Positions 1 through 10,158 are shown, numbered from the stretch's first letter. The stretch is 64,000 nucleotides of DNA from Desulfobacterales bacterium (GCA_963674755.2 CAXXVS010000003.1:1696001-1760000); one strand, 5' to 3'. Program-made: numbers and translations. The notes: generated from the sequence alone by a model not told the origin.

Positions 1-104
1 GTTGATCGGCGCGGCTAGGACCATATGCTCCTGCCGTTAGGTTTGCTTTAAATGGTTTGAGCGGGCTAAGGCTTCGAAACAATTCTGGGGCAGGGGATGT
101 CAGT

Positions 105-569
105 ATGAGCGAATTATCGCACAATATATCGGCTAGGACATTTCGCAGGACGGATGCCACGTTGCAGGGGCAAATTTCCATGAGCGGCAAGATGCTGGAG
201 GTGCTCATGGCGCTTGACGGCCGCACGGCTCTTGGCGAAGTCGCGCGAAAATTGAATCTTAGCATATCCGATTTACGTCCCCATCTGCAGAAGTTGTTAG
301 AATATGGCCTTATCGAGGAAGTCAAGGAAGACGTGGTTGTCCTTGACCCCGGATTCTACGGATATCTGACCGGACATCTTTCCCGAATCGCCGGCCCTAT
401 CGCGGGTGTGCTGGTTGAAGATGCCGTGCTCGAAATCGGCAACGGCTCTACCGATGTGCCCAAGAATCGCGCCGGCGAATTGATTGAACTGCTGGGACGG
501 CAGATACCGGACGAGGGCCAACGCGTGGATTTCATAAAAATGATGCTGTTAAAATTGCGGGAAATGTAA
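105..569 (+). CDS. Winged-helix/HTH-containing protein with an uncharacterised C-terminal helical domain
   Basis: ATG at 105 after a GGGGA SD-like motif. HTH-like segment 'LGEVARKLNLSISDLRPHLQKLLEYGLIE'. C-terminal 'LSRIAGPIAGVLVEDAV' domain. Confidence 0.7.
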   Translation: MSELSHNISARTFRRTDATLQGQISMSGKMLEVLMALDGRTALGEVARKLNLSISDLRPHLQKLLEYGLIEEVKEDVVVLDPGFYGYLTGHLSRIAGPIAGVLVEDAVLEIGNGSTDVPKNRAGELIELLGRQIPDEGQRVDFIKMMLLKLREM

Positions 570-596
570 ATCGATCGGTGAAGGGAGATAGACCTC

Positions 597-1652
597 ATGA
601 TCATCCTCTGTGAAGAGTGCGGGAAAAAATACAAGATCGACGATAAAAAGCTGGTCAAAGATAAAACGCTCTTCAACTGCCCGAATTGTAAAAGCACGAT
701 TGAGGTGCTCAAGCCAAAACAGGGGGTCGAAGCCATCGATCCCGAATCGGCCTCCATGTCTGCGGACCACAGTGCTGCTTCAGGCTCCTTCCAGACGGTT
801 GGAAAAGCCGAGAGCGCGCCGCCGCAAAGGCCCAAGACGGACTGGCAAGTCGATCAGACGGCGATCCCGAAGCCACAAAAATCAAGCGGTTTGACGGTGG
901 GGCAAAAGCTCTTGTACGTGTTTTTGGCGTTTGTTCTGCTGACGGGCGGCATACTCGCTTTTATTTATATGAAATTCGTCCCTTCGCTGATGCACGAACA
1001 AGTCAATTTACGGACCTACTCCATTTCCCAGTCCTTGGCGGCCGCCATTCAGCAGCCCCTCCTGATTAAAAACTATCTCCAGGTCAACAAGATGGCGGAG
1101 GCCAATGCTAAATTGCCGGGGGTTGCCTACGTGTCGGTTTTGAATAAAAGGGGCATTGTGATTGCCGGTATCTTCGGGAATGAAAAGCGTTTTGATGCCG
1201 CTTTTGTCACCCGGGTTAAGACCGGTGGATTTCCCAAGGAGATCTCCACCAAGAACAGAATCCCCAGCGGCAAAAAGGAAAGCGCTTTGGATTACAGCGT
1301 CGGCGGCCAGAAAATCCACGATGTGGCCGTCATGATCGGCGATACAGGGGGAGAAGCGCATGTCGGCCTGTTCACGGAAGATGTCGAAGACGCCGTTCAG
1401 AAAAGTTTGATCCCCCTTCTGGTGTTTCTGGGTGTTATCGCCCTCCTGGGTGGCGTCAGCCATTTGCTGGTCGCCCGAACGATATCGGTCCCGATCCGCG
1501 CGCTGACGCGGGCTGCGGAAAAGATCAGCCTGGGCGAAATCGATTTACCGATTGAAGTGAAAGGTGGTGGTGAAATCGGGGAATTGGCCGCTTCACTCGA
1601 ACGCATGCGCTTTTCCATCAAAGCGGCCATGAATCGTCTGCGACGCAATTAA
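597..1652 (+). CDS. Membrane protein: N-terminal Zn-ribbon, TM, periplasmic domain, TM, terminal HAMP; no output domain
   Basis: CEECG...CPNC Zn-ribbon, two hydrophobic helices, and HAMP 'ISVPIRALTRAAEKISLGEIDLPIEVKGGGEIGELAASLERMR' followed by a stop. SD GGGAGA. Confidence 0.85.
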   Translation: MIILCEECGKKYKIDDKKLVKDKTLFNCPNCKSTIEVLKPKQGVEAIDPESASMSADHSAASGSFQTVGKAESAPPQRPKTDWQVDQTAIPKPQKSSGLTVGQKLLYVFLAFVLLTGGILAFIYMKFVPSLMHEQVNLRTYSISQSLAAAIQQPLLIKNYLQVNKMAEANAKLPGVAYVSVLNKRGIVIAGIFGNEKRFDAAFVTRVKTGGFPKEISTKNRIPSGKKESALDYSVGGQKIHDVAVMIGDTGGEAHVGLFTEDVEDAVQKSLIPLLVFLGVIALLGGVSHLLVARTISVPIRALTRAAEKISLGEIDLPIEVKGGGEIGELAASLERMRFSIKAAMNRLRRN

Positions 1653-1687
1653 ACCGTGCACCCCATTTCCCGATTGGAGAGATAACG

Positions 1688-2509
1688 ATGCGATTTATCT
1701 ACACCTTAATCTTCATTCTGCTGAGTTTACTGCCGACTCATCTGTGGGCCGCGGAGTCTTACAAGTTGTCCATGCTGCCGCGCTATTCTTCAGAAGAAAT
1801 CAATCGGAGGATCAGTCCGCTGGCGGAGTATCTGGCCCAAAAAAGCGGGGTCAAGATCGAAGCGGTCATCACCAGCAACTTCACACAATACGAAAAACAG
1901 CTGAAAAGCGGGGCCATCGGACTAGGGTATGAAAATCCCTATATCTATACGCTGGTTTCGGGTACCCACGAAGCCCTGGCCATGGCCGTCAAGGGCAAAG
2001 ACGGCGACAAATTCCGTGGGATCGTTATCGCCCGGAAGGACAGTGACCTGACAAGCCTGAAAGATCTTCGAGGCAAGCTGATTTCGATTGTGGGGTACAC
2101 CTCGGCCGGAGGATACCTTTCGCAAAAATTGTCCTTGATGGAGGCCGGCATCGATGTGAACCGCGAGTGCACCATTTCCGAAGCGATCGACAACAAACAG
2201 GAAAATGTCATTCTTGCCGTTTATACGGGTGAGGCCGATGCCGGCTTTATCCGTGAATCCGCCCTGCATCAGGCCGACAGCTATATTTCGGCGGCCCAAA
2301 TCAAGATCGTCGGGGCATGCGCCTGGCTTCCCAATTGGGCTTTTTCGGTGAACAGATCGATGCCCGATAAAACCAAGAAGGATATTCAGGCGGCCCTCCT
2401 GGATCTGCAACCCGGTCACCCTGTCTTGAAGGCGCTCAAGATCGACAGCTTCAGACTGGCAGGGGACGAGGATTACGATCCTGTCCGACGTGCCTCAGGC
2501 AACAACTAA
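1688..2509 (+). CDS. PhnD/phosphonate-type periplasmic substrate-binding protein (paralog 1)
   Basis: Signal peptide, 'TSAGGYL' anion-binding-type motif, 'GEADAGF', 'LKDLRGK'. Confidence 0.85.
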   Translation: MRFIYTLIFILLSLLPTHLWAAESYKLSMLPRYSSEEINRRISPLAEYLAQKSGVKIEAVITSNFTQYEKQLKSGAIGLGYENPYIYTLVSGTHEALAMAVKGKDGDKFRGIVIARKDSDLTSLKDLRGKLISIVGYTSAGGYLSQKLSLMEAGIDVNRECTISEAIDNKQENVILAVYTGEADAGFIRESALHQADSYISAAQIKIVGACAWLPNWAFSVNRSMPDKTKKDIQAALLDLQPGHPVLKALKIDSFRLAGDEDYDPVRRASGNN

Positions 2510-2564
2510 CCCCCATGATTACCACTTGGTTGGTGAAACAAACATACAGCAGATAGAGCGTGCC

Positions 2565-3392
2565 ATGAAGAAAATCGCGACCCTTATTCGTCTTTCCCTT
2601 TGCCTTGTTTTCCTTTTTCCAGCCCTCTGCGCCGCAGAGGACATCTACGAATTTTCCATGCTGCCGCGGTATTTCCCCAAAAAAATCCAGAGCATGATCG
2701 ATCCCCTGGCCGAATATCTTTCCGGCCAAATTGGTGCGCGGGTCACCCCGGTCCTGACCAAGGATTTTACGGAATATGAGAACCGCTTGAAGAGCGGTGA
2801 AATTGAAATCGGATATGAGAATCCGCTGGTTTATACTAAGGTTTCGGCGAGTCATGAGGTTCTGGCGATGGCCGTCAAAGGGGCGGGGGGCGATCGGTTC
2901 CGGGGGATTATCATCGCCCGACCGGACAGCGAAATTCAGACCCTCAGCGATCTCAAGCATAAAACGATCATGATTGTGGGAATGACCTCCGCCGGCGGTT
3001 TTCTTTCACAGAAACTCACCTTGGCGGAGAACGGAATAGCCGTGGAAAGCGACTGTGATCTGGAGGTGGCCTCCGACAACAAACAGGAGAACGTCATTAT
3101 CTCCGTCAGTATCGGCGATGTGGATGCGGGATTTATCAGGGAGTCGGCCCTGCATATCGCCGATCAGTATATTCAGCCCGGAAGCGTCAAAGAGGTGGCT
3201 CCCTGCGCATGGCTGCCCAACTGGGCGTTTTCGGTCAATCGCAGCATGCCTGTTGCCCAAAAGGAAGCCATTCGGGCCGCCATGATCGGGTTGCAAGAGA
3301 ATTCTCCGGTCCTCAAAGCCATGGATGTAACCGGATTTAAACTCGCCACCGACAGTCAGTACGATGTTGTCCGAAAGGTTTTAGAAAACTGA
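2565..3392 (+). CDS. PhnD/phosphonate-type periplasmic substrate-binding protein (paralog 2)
   Basis: ATG at 2565 gives signal peptide MKKIATL. Shares SMLPRY, GYENP, SAGG, DNKQENVI and CAWLPNWAFSVNRSMP blocks with paralog 1. Confidence 0.85.
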   Translation: MKKIATLIRLSLCLVFLFPALCAAEDIYEFSMLPRYFPKKIQSMIDPLAEYLSGQIGARVTPVLTKDFTEYENRLKSGEIEIGYENPLVYTKVSASHEVLAMAVKGAGGDRFRGIIIARPDSEIQTLSDLKHKTIMIVGMTSAGGFLSQKLTLAENGIAVESDCDLEVASDNKQENVIISVSIGDVDAGFIRESALHIADQYIQPGSVKEVAPCAWLPNWAFSVNRSMPVAQKEAIRAAMIGLQENSPVLKAMDVTGFKLATDSQYDVVRKVLEN

Positions 3393-3402
3393 TCAGCGAC
3401 AT

Positions 3403-3430
3403 GGCCGCCCTTTTGGGCGGCCGTTTTTTT
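3403..3430 (+). terminator. Rho-independent terminator
   Basis: GGCCGCCC-TTTT-GGGCGGCC stem followed by a T-run, 11 nt after the stop. Confidence 0.85.
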
Positions 3431-4094
3431 CTGTTCGGCATGCTGACAAGCGCCACCCCATTCTAACGCGCAGTGAAGTTTTTCAGCTCGAATGCCATTA
3501 TCCTCTGAGTCTTATGAGCCCAGCTATTGCTTTGACGCCGCTTTAGCGGGTGCAGAGTGGCTCGCCGTTCCGTTTCCCCTCTGGGCCGCGGCCCGTACCC
3601 TCTGTGGTTTTGTCCACGTCCACGCAAACGATACCCGGTTCTTCTGCCCGTGTAAGGAACACCCATCGCCCCAGTGATTTGCCCCGGCGGTCAAGGTCGG
3701 CCTCCTTGCAAGGCTCTGGCGGCAGCGCAAGTCGATTTAAAAGCCGTAAAGATTTTCCATATCACACCGATAACATCTCATTGGAAGGTATTCCGTCCGA
3801 AGGACTTACCCAAGGCCGGGCGCCGATGCCTCCCGCAGCATGGAAGCCTGCCGCTACGAGAAGGGCATAGGTGCAAGGATGCTTGAAAGCAGCATTTTAC
3901 ATGACCAAGCCACCTTGCACCTGGTCAAATCCATGGCACGTACAACGTGTCACCCAATAGGCCGTATTATAACCCATCCAACATCAAGCTATACCAATTG
4001 CACCAATGCTGTCCTACCCGGAAGGGATGCTGGTCGGAAGCGACCCGGTAGCGAGGCGGCACTATAAGGCGTCTATCGTGAGGAGCGAATTCTA

Positions 4095-7000
4095 TTGCAA
4101 GCCCAATTAGATTGTAAAGCGCCCGTGGGGCTGCGTGACGGCTATTACGCATCCGATGAATGGTCCTTGACCTTTGATGCCGTCTCGGATCTGATCGTGA
4201 TTCTGGACAACGACCGCCGGATCATGCGGATTAACCGCGCCATGGCCGAACGGCTTGGGGTTAAGTCCGAAGGTGCTATCGGTGAACCATTCTACAGGAT
4301 CATTCACCAAGCAGATAGCCCTCCGACAGACTGTCCGCGCATGGCGATGCTGAAAGCCGGCGAAGAGGCCTCCCGTGAAGTTTACTACCCGTGTCTTGGG
4401 GGGTGGTTCAACGTGTCGGTCGTGCCGTTGCGTGACAATGCCGGCCGCCTCTGCGGATCAATTCATGTGGCCCGCGAGATCACCGCCCGTAAACGTGCCG
4501 CTGAAATGGACCTTGTTCTGTCCCATCTGGGGTTTGAACTGAGCGCGGCACGTAATCTGGACGAGGCCCTGAAGGCTGCCCTGACAGCGGCCTTGGCTAT
4601 TGATGGGATCGACTGCGGTGGTTTCTATCTCCTCGATCGGGAAAGTGGTTTTTTGGAACTCAAAGACCATCTGGGGTTTTCCGAATCATTTGTCCGGCAG
4701 GCGTTCCGCTACCCGAAGGACGCCTCCTATTCCCAATGGGTTAAGAAGGGCGATGCCCTTTACGGTGCCAACACCCGCATTGGCGATCTGCCTGCCGATC
4801 CGGCCTTCGTCGCCGAGGGCATACTGGCGATCGGAGTGGCCCCCATTCATCACAGGAAACAGGTGATCGGATCTCTCAGCGTGGGGTCCCGTAAATTTGC
4901 CAGCATACCCGGGCAAGCACGAAAAATAGTCGAACGGATCGCGCGATTGATCGGCGGGACGCTGGACCGGATCAAAGCTGAACAACGCCTCCGGGAAAGT
5001 GAGGCGCGTTATCGCCTGCTGGCGGAAAACACCACCGACATGATCTCCCGTCATCGTGCCGACGGCACCATCGTTTATCTGTCGCCAGCTTGCCGGGACA
5101 TTCTGGGCTACGAAGTCGACGATCTGCTAGGCAATGATCCTTACGCCATCGTTCACCCCGATGACGTGGACGATTTGAAGGCAAGCAACGCCGCCATTCT
5201 GAACCCGCCGCACCGCGAATCGCTTTGCTACCGCTGTAAGAGAAAGGACGGTGCCTACGTGTGGGTGCGGTCCAATGGCTGTGCCATCCCTGCTGCGGCA
5301 GGTGGTTTCGAAATCGTCCTTTCCACGCGGGATGTTTCCGCCGAAAAGAAGATCGAAGACGCCCTCAAGGATGCGCGGAATTTGCTCGAAACCCGTGTTC
5401 AGGAGCGAACCGCTACGCTTATGCAGGTTAACAATCGGCTGATAAATGAGATCGAGCATCGTAAGACGGCCGAAGACGCCCTGAAATACAGCGAGCACGA
5501 AAAGACGGCGATTCTGGACGCCATCCAGGAGCGGGTGATCTTTCATGATTTAGAGCAGCGCATTATCTGGGTCAACCGCTCGGCCGCCGCAGCGGCGGGG
5601 AGAACCCCTGACCAGTTGGTCGGGAGGCGCTGTTTTGAACTTTGGGGGTCCGGCCAGCAGCCATGTGCCGCCTGTCCGGTGGTTGAATGCCTGCAGGACA
5701 GCCGTCCCCACATGGTCGAACGCAGCCTGCCGGACGGACGAACGGTGACGATCCACGGCTATCCCTTTTTTAATGAAAACGGCGAGTTGATCGGTGCGGT
5801 GGAAGTCACTGCAGACATTACGGAAAAGCGCCAGACCCTGGAGGCCTTGAAAAGCGAACGGGACCGCACCCGCCAGTATCTGGATTTAGCTGGGGTGATG
5901 ATCCTCGAATTGGATCGGGACGGGTGCGTGACATCCATCAATCGGCGGGGTTGCCAGATTTTGGGCACGCCGGAAGATCAAGTGGTCGGGAAAAACTGGT
6001 TCGATCACTTCATCCCGGAAAAACGACGTCGTTATAGAAGGGCGTTGTTTGAAAGGACTATGGATGACATCCTGCAGACCGCCGGTCCTTTGGGATTCGA
6101 TCAGGAGGAATTCTGGATATGCGCAGCGGACGGCAGCCCCAAATATATCGCCTGGAAAAGCGTGGTTCTCCAGGATGGATCCGGCCAGGCGACGGGCATC
6201 CTCAGCTCCGGCGAAGACATTACTCAGCATAAGCTGGCCGAGGAGCAACTATTGCGCTCCAAGCAGCAGCTGCAAACGGTATTCGACGGCATCTCCGATC
6301 CGCTGATTATGCTGGATGCCGATATGTGTGTGAAAATGCTCAATCGGGCCGCCCTGATATATCTCGATCGGGAAGCCTACAGTGAGGTGATCGGGACACC
6401 ATGCGAAGCGATCGCTTGGGATCCATCCTTCCCTGATCAAGATTACCGGACAGCGACTATGCAGCGCGGCCTGCGCCATCACTTTACCCGCAAGAATGCG
6501 CAAGCGCCGAATCTTACAGAACAGGTGGATGTTTTCCCCTTGCCCGGGCGAAAAGGGAGGGATGGCGGCGTGGTCATCCATATCGCGGACATTACCGAAA
6601 AGCTGTCCATGGAAAAACAGCTGATCCAGGCCGACCGGCTTTCCTCTCTGGGCCAGATGGCCGGCGGAATCGCCCATGAGATCCGCAACCCGCTGACCGG
6701 AGTCCGGCTTTTCATGGATATCTTGTCCGATCCCGAGCGTTTTGCCATTGCTCCGCAACAAAAGGAGATCATGGACGAGATAACCGAGAACATCGTCAAG
6801 ATCGAGGGAATCATCCGACGTGTGCTAGATCTGGCCAAACAAAAGAAACCCTCGATGGAGCGGATCGCGGTCAACGATCTGATCCGCAAGACCCTGATCC
6901 TGTGGCAGGCCCGGATCAACAAAGCGCGCATCAGGTTGGAACTTGAACTCGACAGCGCCATACCGGTCGTACAAGGGGATTGGATCGAAATTCAGCAGGT

Positions 7001-7322
7001 ACTTACCAATCTCGTGTCCAACGCTCTGGAGGCCATGGATGCTGGCGGGCGGCTTTCGATCGCAACCCGATCGGGTCCCTCCAGCCTCCACCCGGAGCGC
7101 CAGGTGGTTAACATTGCCGTCTCTGACAGCGGCCCAGGTTTTTCCGAGGATGCGCGCCGCAATGTCTTCACGCCTTTCTTTACGACCAAAAGCGCGGGTA
7201 CCGGCCTTGGCCTGGCCATTTCGCACAAAATCATCGAACGTCATGGCGGCTTGATTGCGGTAGCAAATCATCCCGAAGGGGGCGCCCGTTTTACGATTGA
7301 ACTAAACGTAGCAGGAGCGTGA
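4095..7322 (+). CDS. Cytoplasmic multi-PAS/GAF sensor histidine kinase (NtrB-like)
   Basis: Several PAS/PAC repeats, a GAF segment, H-box 'AHEIRNPL', and N/G boxes 'NALEAM', 'DSGPG', 'GTGLGL'. TTG start with SD GAGGAG. Confidence 0.93.
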   Translation: MQAQLDCKAPVGLRDGYYASDEWSLTFDAVSDLIVILDNDRRIMRINRAMAERLGVKSEGAIGEPFYRIIHQADSPPTDCPRMAMLKAGEEASREVYYPCLGGWFNVSVVPLRDNAGRLCGSIHVAREITARKRAAEMDLVLSHLGFELSAARNLDEALKAALTAALAIDGIDCGGFYLLDRESGFLELKDHLGFSESFVRQAFRYPKDASYSQWVKKGDALYGANTRIGDLPADPAFVAEGILAIGVAPIHHRKQVIGSLSVGSRKFASIPGQARKIVERIARLIGGTLDRIKAEQRLRESEARYRLLAENTTDMISRHRADGTIVYLSPACRDILGYEVDDLLGNDPYAIVHPDDVDDLKASNAAILNPPHRESLCYRCKRKDGAYVWVRSNGCAIPAAAGGFEIVLSTRDVSAEKKIEDALKDARNLLETRVQERTATLMQVNNRLINEIEHRKTAEDALKYSEHEKTAILDAIQERVIFHDLEQRIIWVNRSAAAAAGRTPDQLVGRRCFELWGSGQQPCAACPVVECLQDSRPHMVERSLPDGRTVTIHGYPFFNENGELIGAVEVTADITEKRQTLEALKSERDRTRQYLDLAGVMILELDRDGCVTSINRRGCQILGTPEDQVVGKNWFDHFIPEKRRRYRRALFERTMDDILQTAGPLGFDQEEFWICAADGSPKYIAWKSVVLQDGSGQATGILSSGEDITQHKLAEEQLLRSKQQLQTVFDGISDPLIMLDADMCVKMLNRAALIYLDREAYSEVIGTPCEAIAWDPSFPDQDYRTATMQRGLRHHFTRKNAQAPNLTEQVDVFPLPGRKGRDGGVVIHIADITEKLSMEKQLIQADRLSSLGQMAGGIAHEIRNPLTGVRLFMDILSDPERFAIAPQQKEIMDEITENIVKIEGIIRRVLDLAKQKKPSMERIAVNDLIRKTLILWQARINKARIRLELELDSAIPVVQGDWIEIQQVLTNLVSNALEAMDAGGRLSIATRSGPSSLHPERQVVNIAVSDSGPGFSEDARRNVFTPFFTTKSAGTGLGLAISHKIIERHGGLIAVANHPEGGARFTIELNVAGA

Positions 7323-7325
7323 ACG

Positions 7326-8696
7326 ATGAAGGAAACAGTTCTGATTGTCGACGATGAAAAAAGCATCCGCAGCGCGATGACCCTGCTCCTAAACAACCGC
7401 TACCGGGTCTTGGATGCGTCTTCCGTTGCGGCGGCTATGCAATTGCTGGGGCGTGAAACGCCTGATTTGGTGCTGCTCGATATCGGACTCCCGGACGGTA
7501 ACGGCCTCGATTTGTTGAAAACGATTCATGATGACCGGTCTGACTTGCCGGTGGTCATGATTACCGCCTACGAAGAGACCCGTTCGGTAGTGGATGCCGT
7601 GCGCGCCGGGGCCTACGATTACATGGTCAAGCCCATTGATGCCCAAGCCCTGACCCTAACCGTGGAAAACGCCTTGGAAGCACGGCGGTTGAAGCATCAG
7701 CTCCGGGCGATTCAGAAGCCTAAAATCGACCACTATAGGCTCGGTGTTGTGGCACGCAGTGCCGTCATCCGCCAAATAGTGGACACGGCGGTCAAGGCAG
7801 GCCGGAGCATCGCAACGCCGGTGTTGATCGACGGCGAAAGCGGCACCGGCAAAGGCGTCCTCGCACGGGCCATCCATTACAGCGCCGAAGAGGCGCCGGG
7901 TCCCTTTGTGGCGGTCAATTGCGGCGCCATGACAGAGGAACTGGTAGAAAGCGAACTCTTCGGTTACACTAAAGGCGCCTTTACCGGCGCCCGGGCCGAC
8001 GGGAAATCAGGTCATTTCGAAGCCGCCGCCGGCGGCACCCTGTTCCTGGACGAAATCGGCAACATGCCTCAGACCGCTCAAGCCAAGCTTCTCGGCGTAC
8101 TGGAAGACCGCAAGTTTCTGCGGGTGGGCGACAGCCGCGAAATAGCGGTGCGCTGCCGGGTAGTGGCCGCCACCAACGCCGATCTGGAAACGGCGGTGCA
8201 GGCGGGGCGCTTCCGTGCGGATCTGTTCTACCGGCTAAACGTGGTGCGCCTGACCCTGCCGCCCCTGCGCGACCGCCGAGAAGACATCCTGCCGCTGGCC
8301 GAGTATTTTATTGACCAGTTCAACTGCAAGTTCCACAAAGGTTTCCGTACCATGACCGAAGCGGCCCAGGAAAAGCTTTTGGCATATCGCTGGCCAGGCA
8401 ATGTCCGCGAGCTTAAAAATTGTATAGAGCGGATTATCTTGCTGGAAGAAGGGGATACGCTCCAGGAGGTCCATTTCCCTTTCCTGGTTCCACCCCCCGC
8501 CGCGAGTCTGGCAATGCCTCCCCGGGTTTCCCAAAACGGTTTGATACCCTATCGGGAGGCGGTGCTGGCCTTGATCCGGGAGGCGATGCAGCGTAGCGAA
8601 GGCAATGTGGTGGAAAGTGCCCGCTTGCTTCAGATGCCGGTCCATAAACTGCGCTACCGCATTAAAAAGTATGGTCTGGGCTCTCCGACACCATGA
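7326..8696 (+). CDS. Sigma54-dependent response regulator (NtrC family, REC-AAA+-HTH)
   Basis: REC 'VDDE...LLDIGLPD', Walker A 'GESGTGK', GAFTGA loop, 'WPGNVREL', Fis-type HTH. Confidence 0.95.
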   Translation: MKETVLIVDDEKSIRSAMTLLLNNRYRVLDASSVAAAMQLLGRETPDLVLLDIGLPDGNGLDLLKTIHDDRSDLPVVMITAYEETRSVVDAVRAGAYDYMVKPIDAQALTLTVENALEARRLKHQLRAIQKPKIDHYRLGVVARSAVIRQIVDTAVKAGRSIATPVLIDGESGTGKGVLARAIHYSAEEAPGPFVAVNCGAMTEELVESELFGYTKGAFTGARADGKSGHFEAAAGGTLFLDEIGNMPQTAQAKLLGVLEDRKFLRVGDSREIAVRCRVVAATNADLETAVQAGRFRADLFYRLNVVRLTLPPLRDRREDILPLAEYFIDQFNCKFHKGFRTMTEAAQEKLLAYRWPGNVRELKNCIERIILLEEGDTLQEVHFPFLVPPPAASLAMPPRVSQNGLIPYREAVLALIREAMQRSEGNVVESARLLQMPVHKLRYRIKKYGLGSPTP

Positions 8697-8703
8697 GCGC
8701 CCA

Positions 8704-8817
8704 AACGCCATGAGAATAATGTCATGACACTATTCTCATGGCGTTAACAAGCTGAAAATAAAACCTTTCTCACATTTTTCCCCCATTCTCCGTGGCGGCC
8801 CATGACATTATTCTCAT
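8704..8817. promoter_or_regulatory. Palindromic/repeated upstream activator-like sites
   Basis: 42-bp palindrome 8704-8745 with one mismatched pair. The 17-mer ATGAGAATAATGTCATG (8710-8726) recurs as an exact reverse complement at 8801-8817. Confidence 0.65.
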
Positions 8818-8928
8818 CTCTCCGTGATCTGTTCGTCGATCCTGTTGTTACTTCATCATAACGCCATTGCACCGTAACTATTTGTAATAGCAAGGATAAC
8901 TTCTTTATCAGCGGGCTTCCTCTGTTGA

Positions 8929-8944
8929 TGGCACGCCGGGTGCA
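8929..8944 (+). promoter_or_regulatory. Sigma54 -24/-12 promoter
   Basis: TGGCAC-GCCGG-GTGCA with GG-N10-GC spacing, about 75 bp upstream of 9019. Confidence 0.75.
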
Positions 8945-9018
8945 ATAAGAAGGCCTCGTTCGATCACGGCAAAAGGGCACGCAGCCAGCACTTTGCCGCA
9001 ACGAGGAGAAAACGGGCA

Positions 9019-10125
9019 ATGCCGTATAGAATTCTTGCTGTCGACGATGAATCTTCCATTCGCAAAGCTTTGGCCATGGGCCTTGCGTCGCTCGGCTATG
9101 ACGTCGACGTGGCAGCGGACGGCACGGAAGCTTTGACGTTGGGCCGTAAGGCTCCCTACGACGTCATGCTCATCGATTTGCGTTTGCCGGACGGCGACGG
9201 ATTGGAGGTCGTCCGCCAGTTTACCAAGATGCAGCCGGAGCTGGTCGCGATCGTCATCACGGGCAGTGCTTCGCTGGAGAGTTCCCTCGCCGCCATCGAA
9301 CTACAGGTGGGGGGCTACCTTCAAAAGCCCCTGTCAATGCAAACGGTGATTGGCACTTTGAAGCAGGCTATCGACCGGCGAGAACAATTGCAGCAGCGGA
9401 TTCAGATCAACAAACGGGACCTTCCGACACCCCCTATCAAGGGTGGTGGTATAAAAAAAGAAGCCGTCAAAACAGTGCCCATGCTTGTCCATCAGATTCG
9501 CAACCCATTGAGCGCCATTCTCGGCAGCGCAGAAATGGCCCTTTTCGATTTGGATGATCCTCGGGCCCTCCGTAATCACCTGCAAAACATCATTACGGCC
9601 ACGAAAGCCATTGATCAGATCAATGCTTCGCTGCTTGGCGACGCTAAGCCCGGCGCTAGCTGCTTTGAGGCTGTTAATTTGCGCCAAGCCCTGGAACAGG
9701 CGCTTGCCATGTTCCAGGATTTGATGCGCTATGAGGGCGTTATTCTGGAAGTCGATTCCGCCGCGGCTGACGGCGCTGTCCTGGGCATCCGTTTCGAACT
9801 GGAGCAGGTCTTCAGGAATCTGATCCTCAACGGCATCCAGGCCATGAAGGACGTCACTGAAAAGAAATTACACGTGACGGCGGGCACCGAGCACGCCGGC
9901 CCGCAGTCTCGGGTTGCCGTGCGGTTTTCCGATACGGGCTGCGGGATAACACCCGAAGACCAGCAGCGCATCTTTGAAGCCCGTTTTACCACTAAAACGA
10001 ACGGCATCGGCATCGGCCTGCCGGTGGTGCGACAGCTATTGCACGGCATGGGCGGCCGTATCGCCTTGGAAAATAGTTCGGAAAGAGGGACGGTATTTGT
10101 CGTTTCGCTGCCCCTTCTCGGTTGA
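9019..10125 (+). CDS. Hybrid response regulator-histidine kinase (REC-HisKA-HATPase)
   Basis: N-terminal REC, 'VHQIRNPL' H-box, 'NGIQAM', 'DTGCG', 'GIGIGL'. Confidence 0.9.
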   Translation: MPYRILAVDDESSIRKALAMGLASLGYDVDVAADGTEALTLGRKAPYDVMLIDLRLPDGDGLEVVRQFTKMQPELVAIVITGSASLESSLAAIELQVGGYLQKPLSMQTVIGTLKQAIDRREQLQQRIQINKRDLPTPPIKGGGIKKEAVKTVPMLVHQIRNPLSAILGSAEMALFDLDDPRALRNHLQNIITATKAIDQINASLLGDAKPGASCFEAVNLRQALEQALAMFQDLMRYEGVILEVDSAAADGAVLGIRFELEQVFRNLILNGIQAMKDVTEKKLHVTAGTEHAGPQSRVAVRFSDTGCGITPEDQQRIFEARFTTKTNGIGIGLPVVRQLLHGMGGRIALENSSERGTVFVVSLPLLG

Positions 10126-10158
10126 AGGTCTGAAAACGTAAAACCAAGGGAGTGTTAC

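Noticed and set aside
3934..3949. TGGCAC sigma54-like half-site (similar ones near 19353, 22449 and 46221)
   Set aside because: No GC at the -12 position with N10 spacing.
3431..4094. Short ORFs and a 10-bp inverted repeat (3869-3922) with an inner hairpin in a 660-bp gap
   Set aside because: No recognisable protein motif in the frames I translated, and no match to a riboswitch consensus I can recall. An Rfam or blastx search would be needed.
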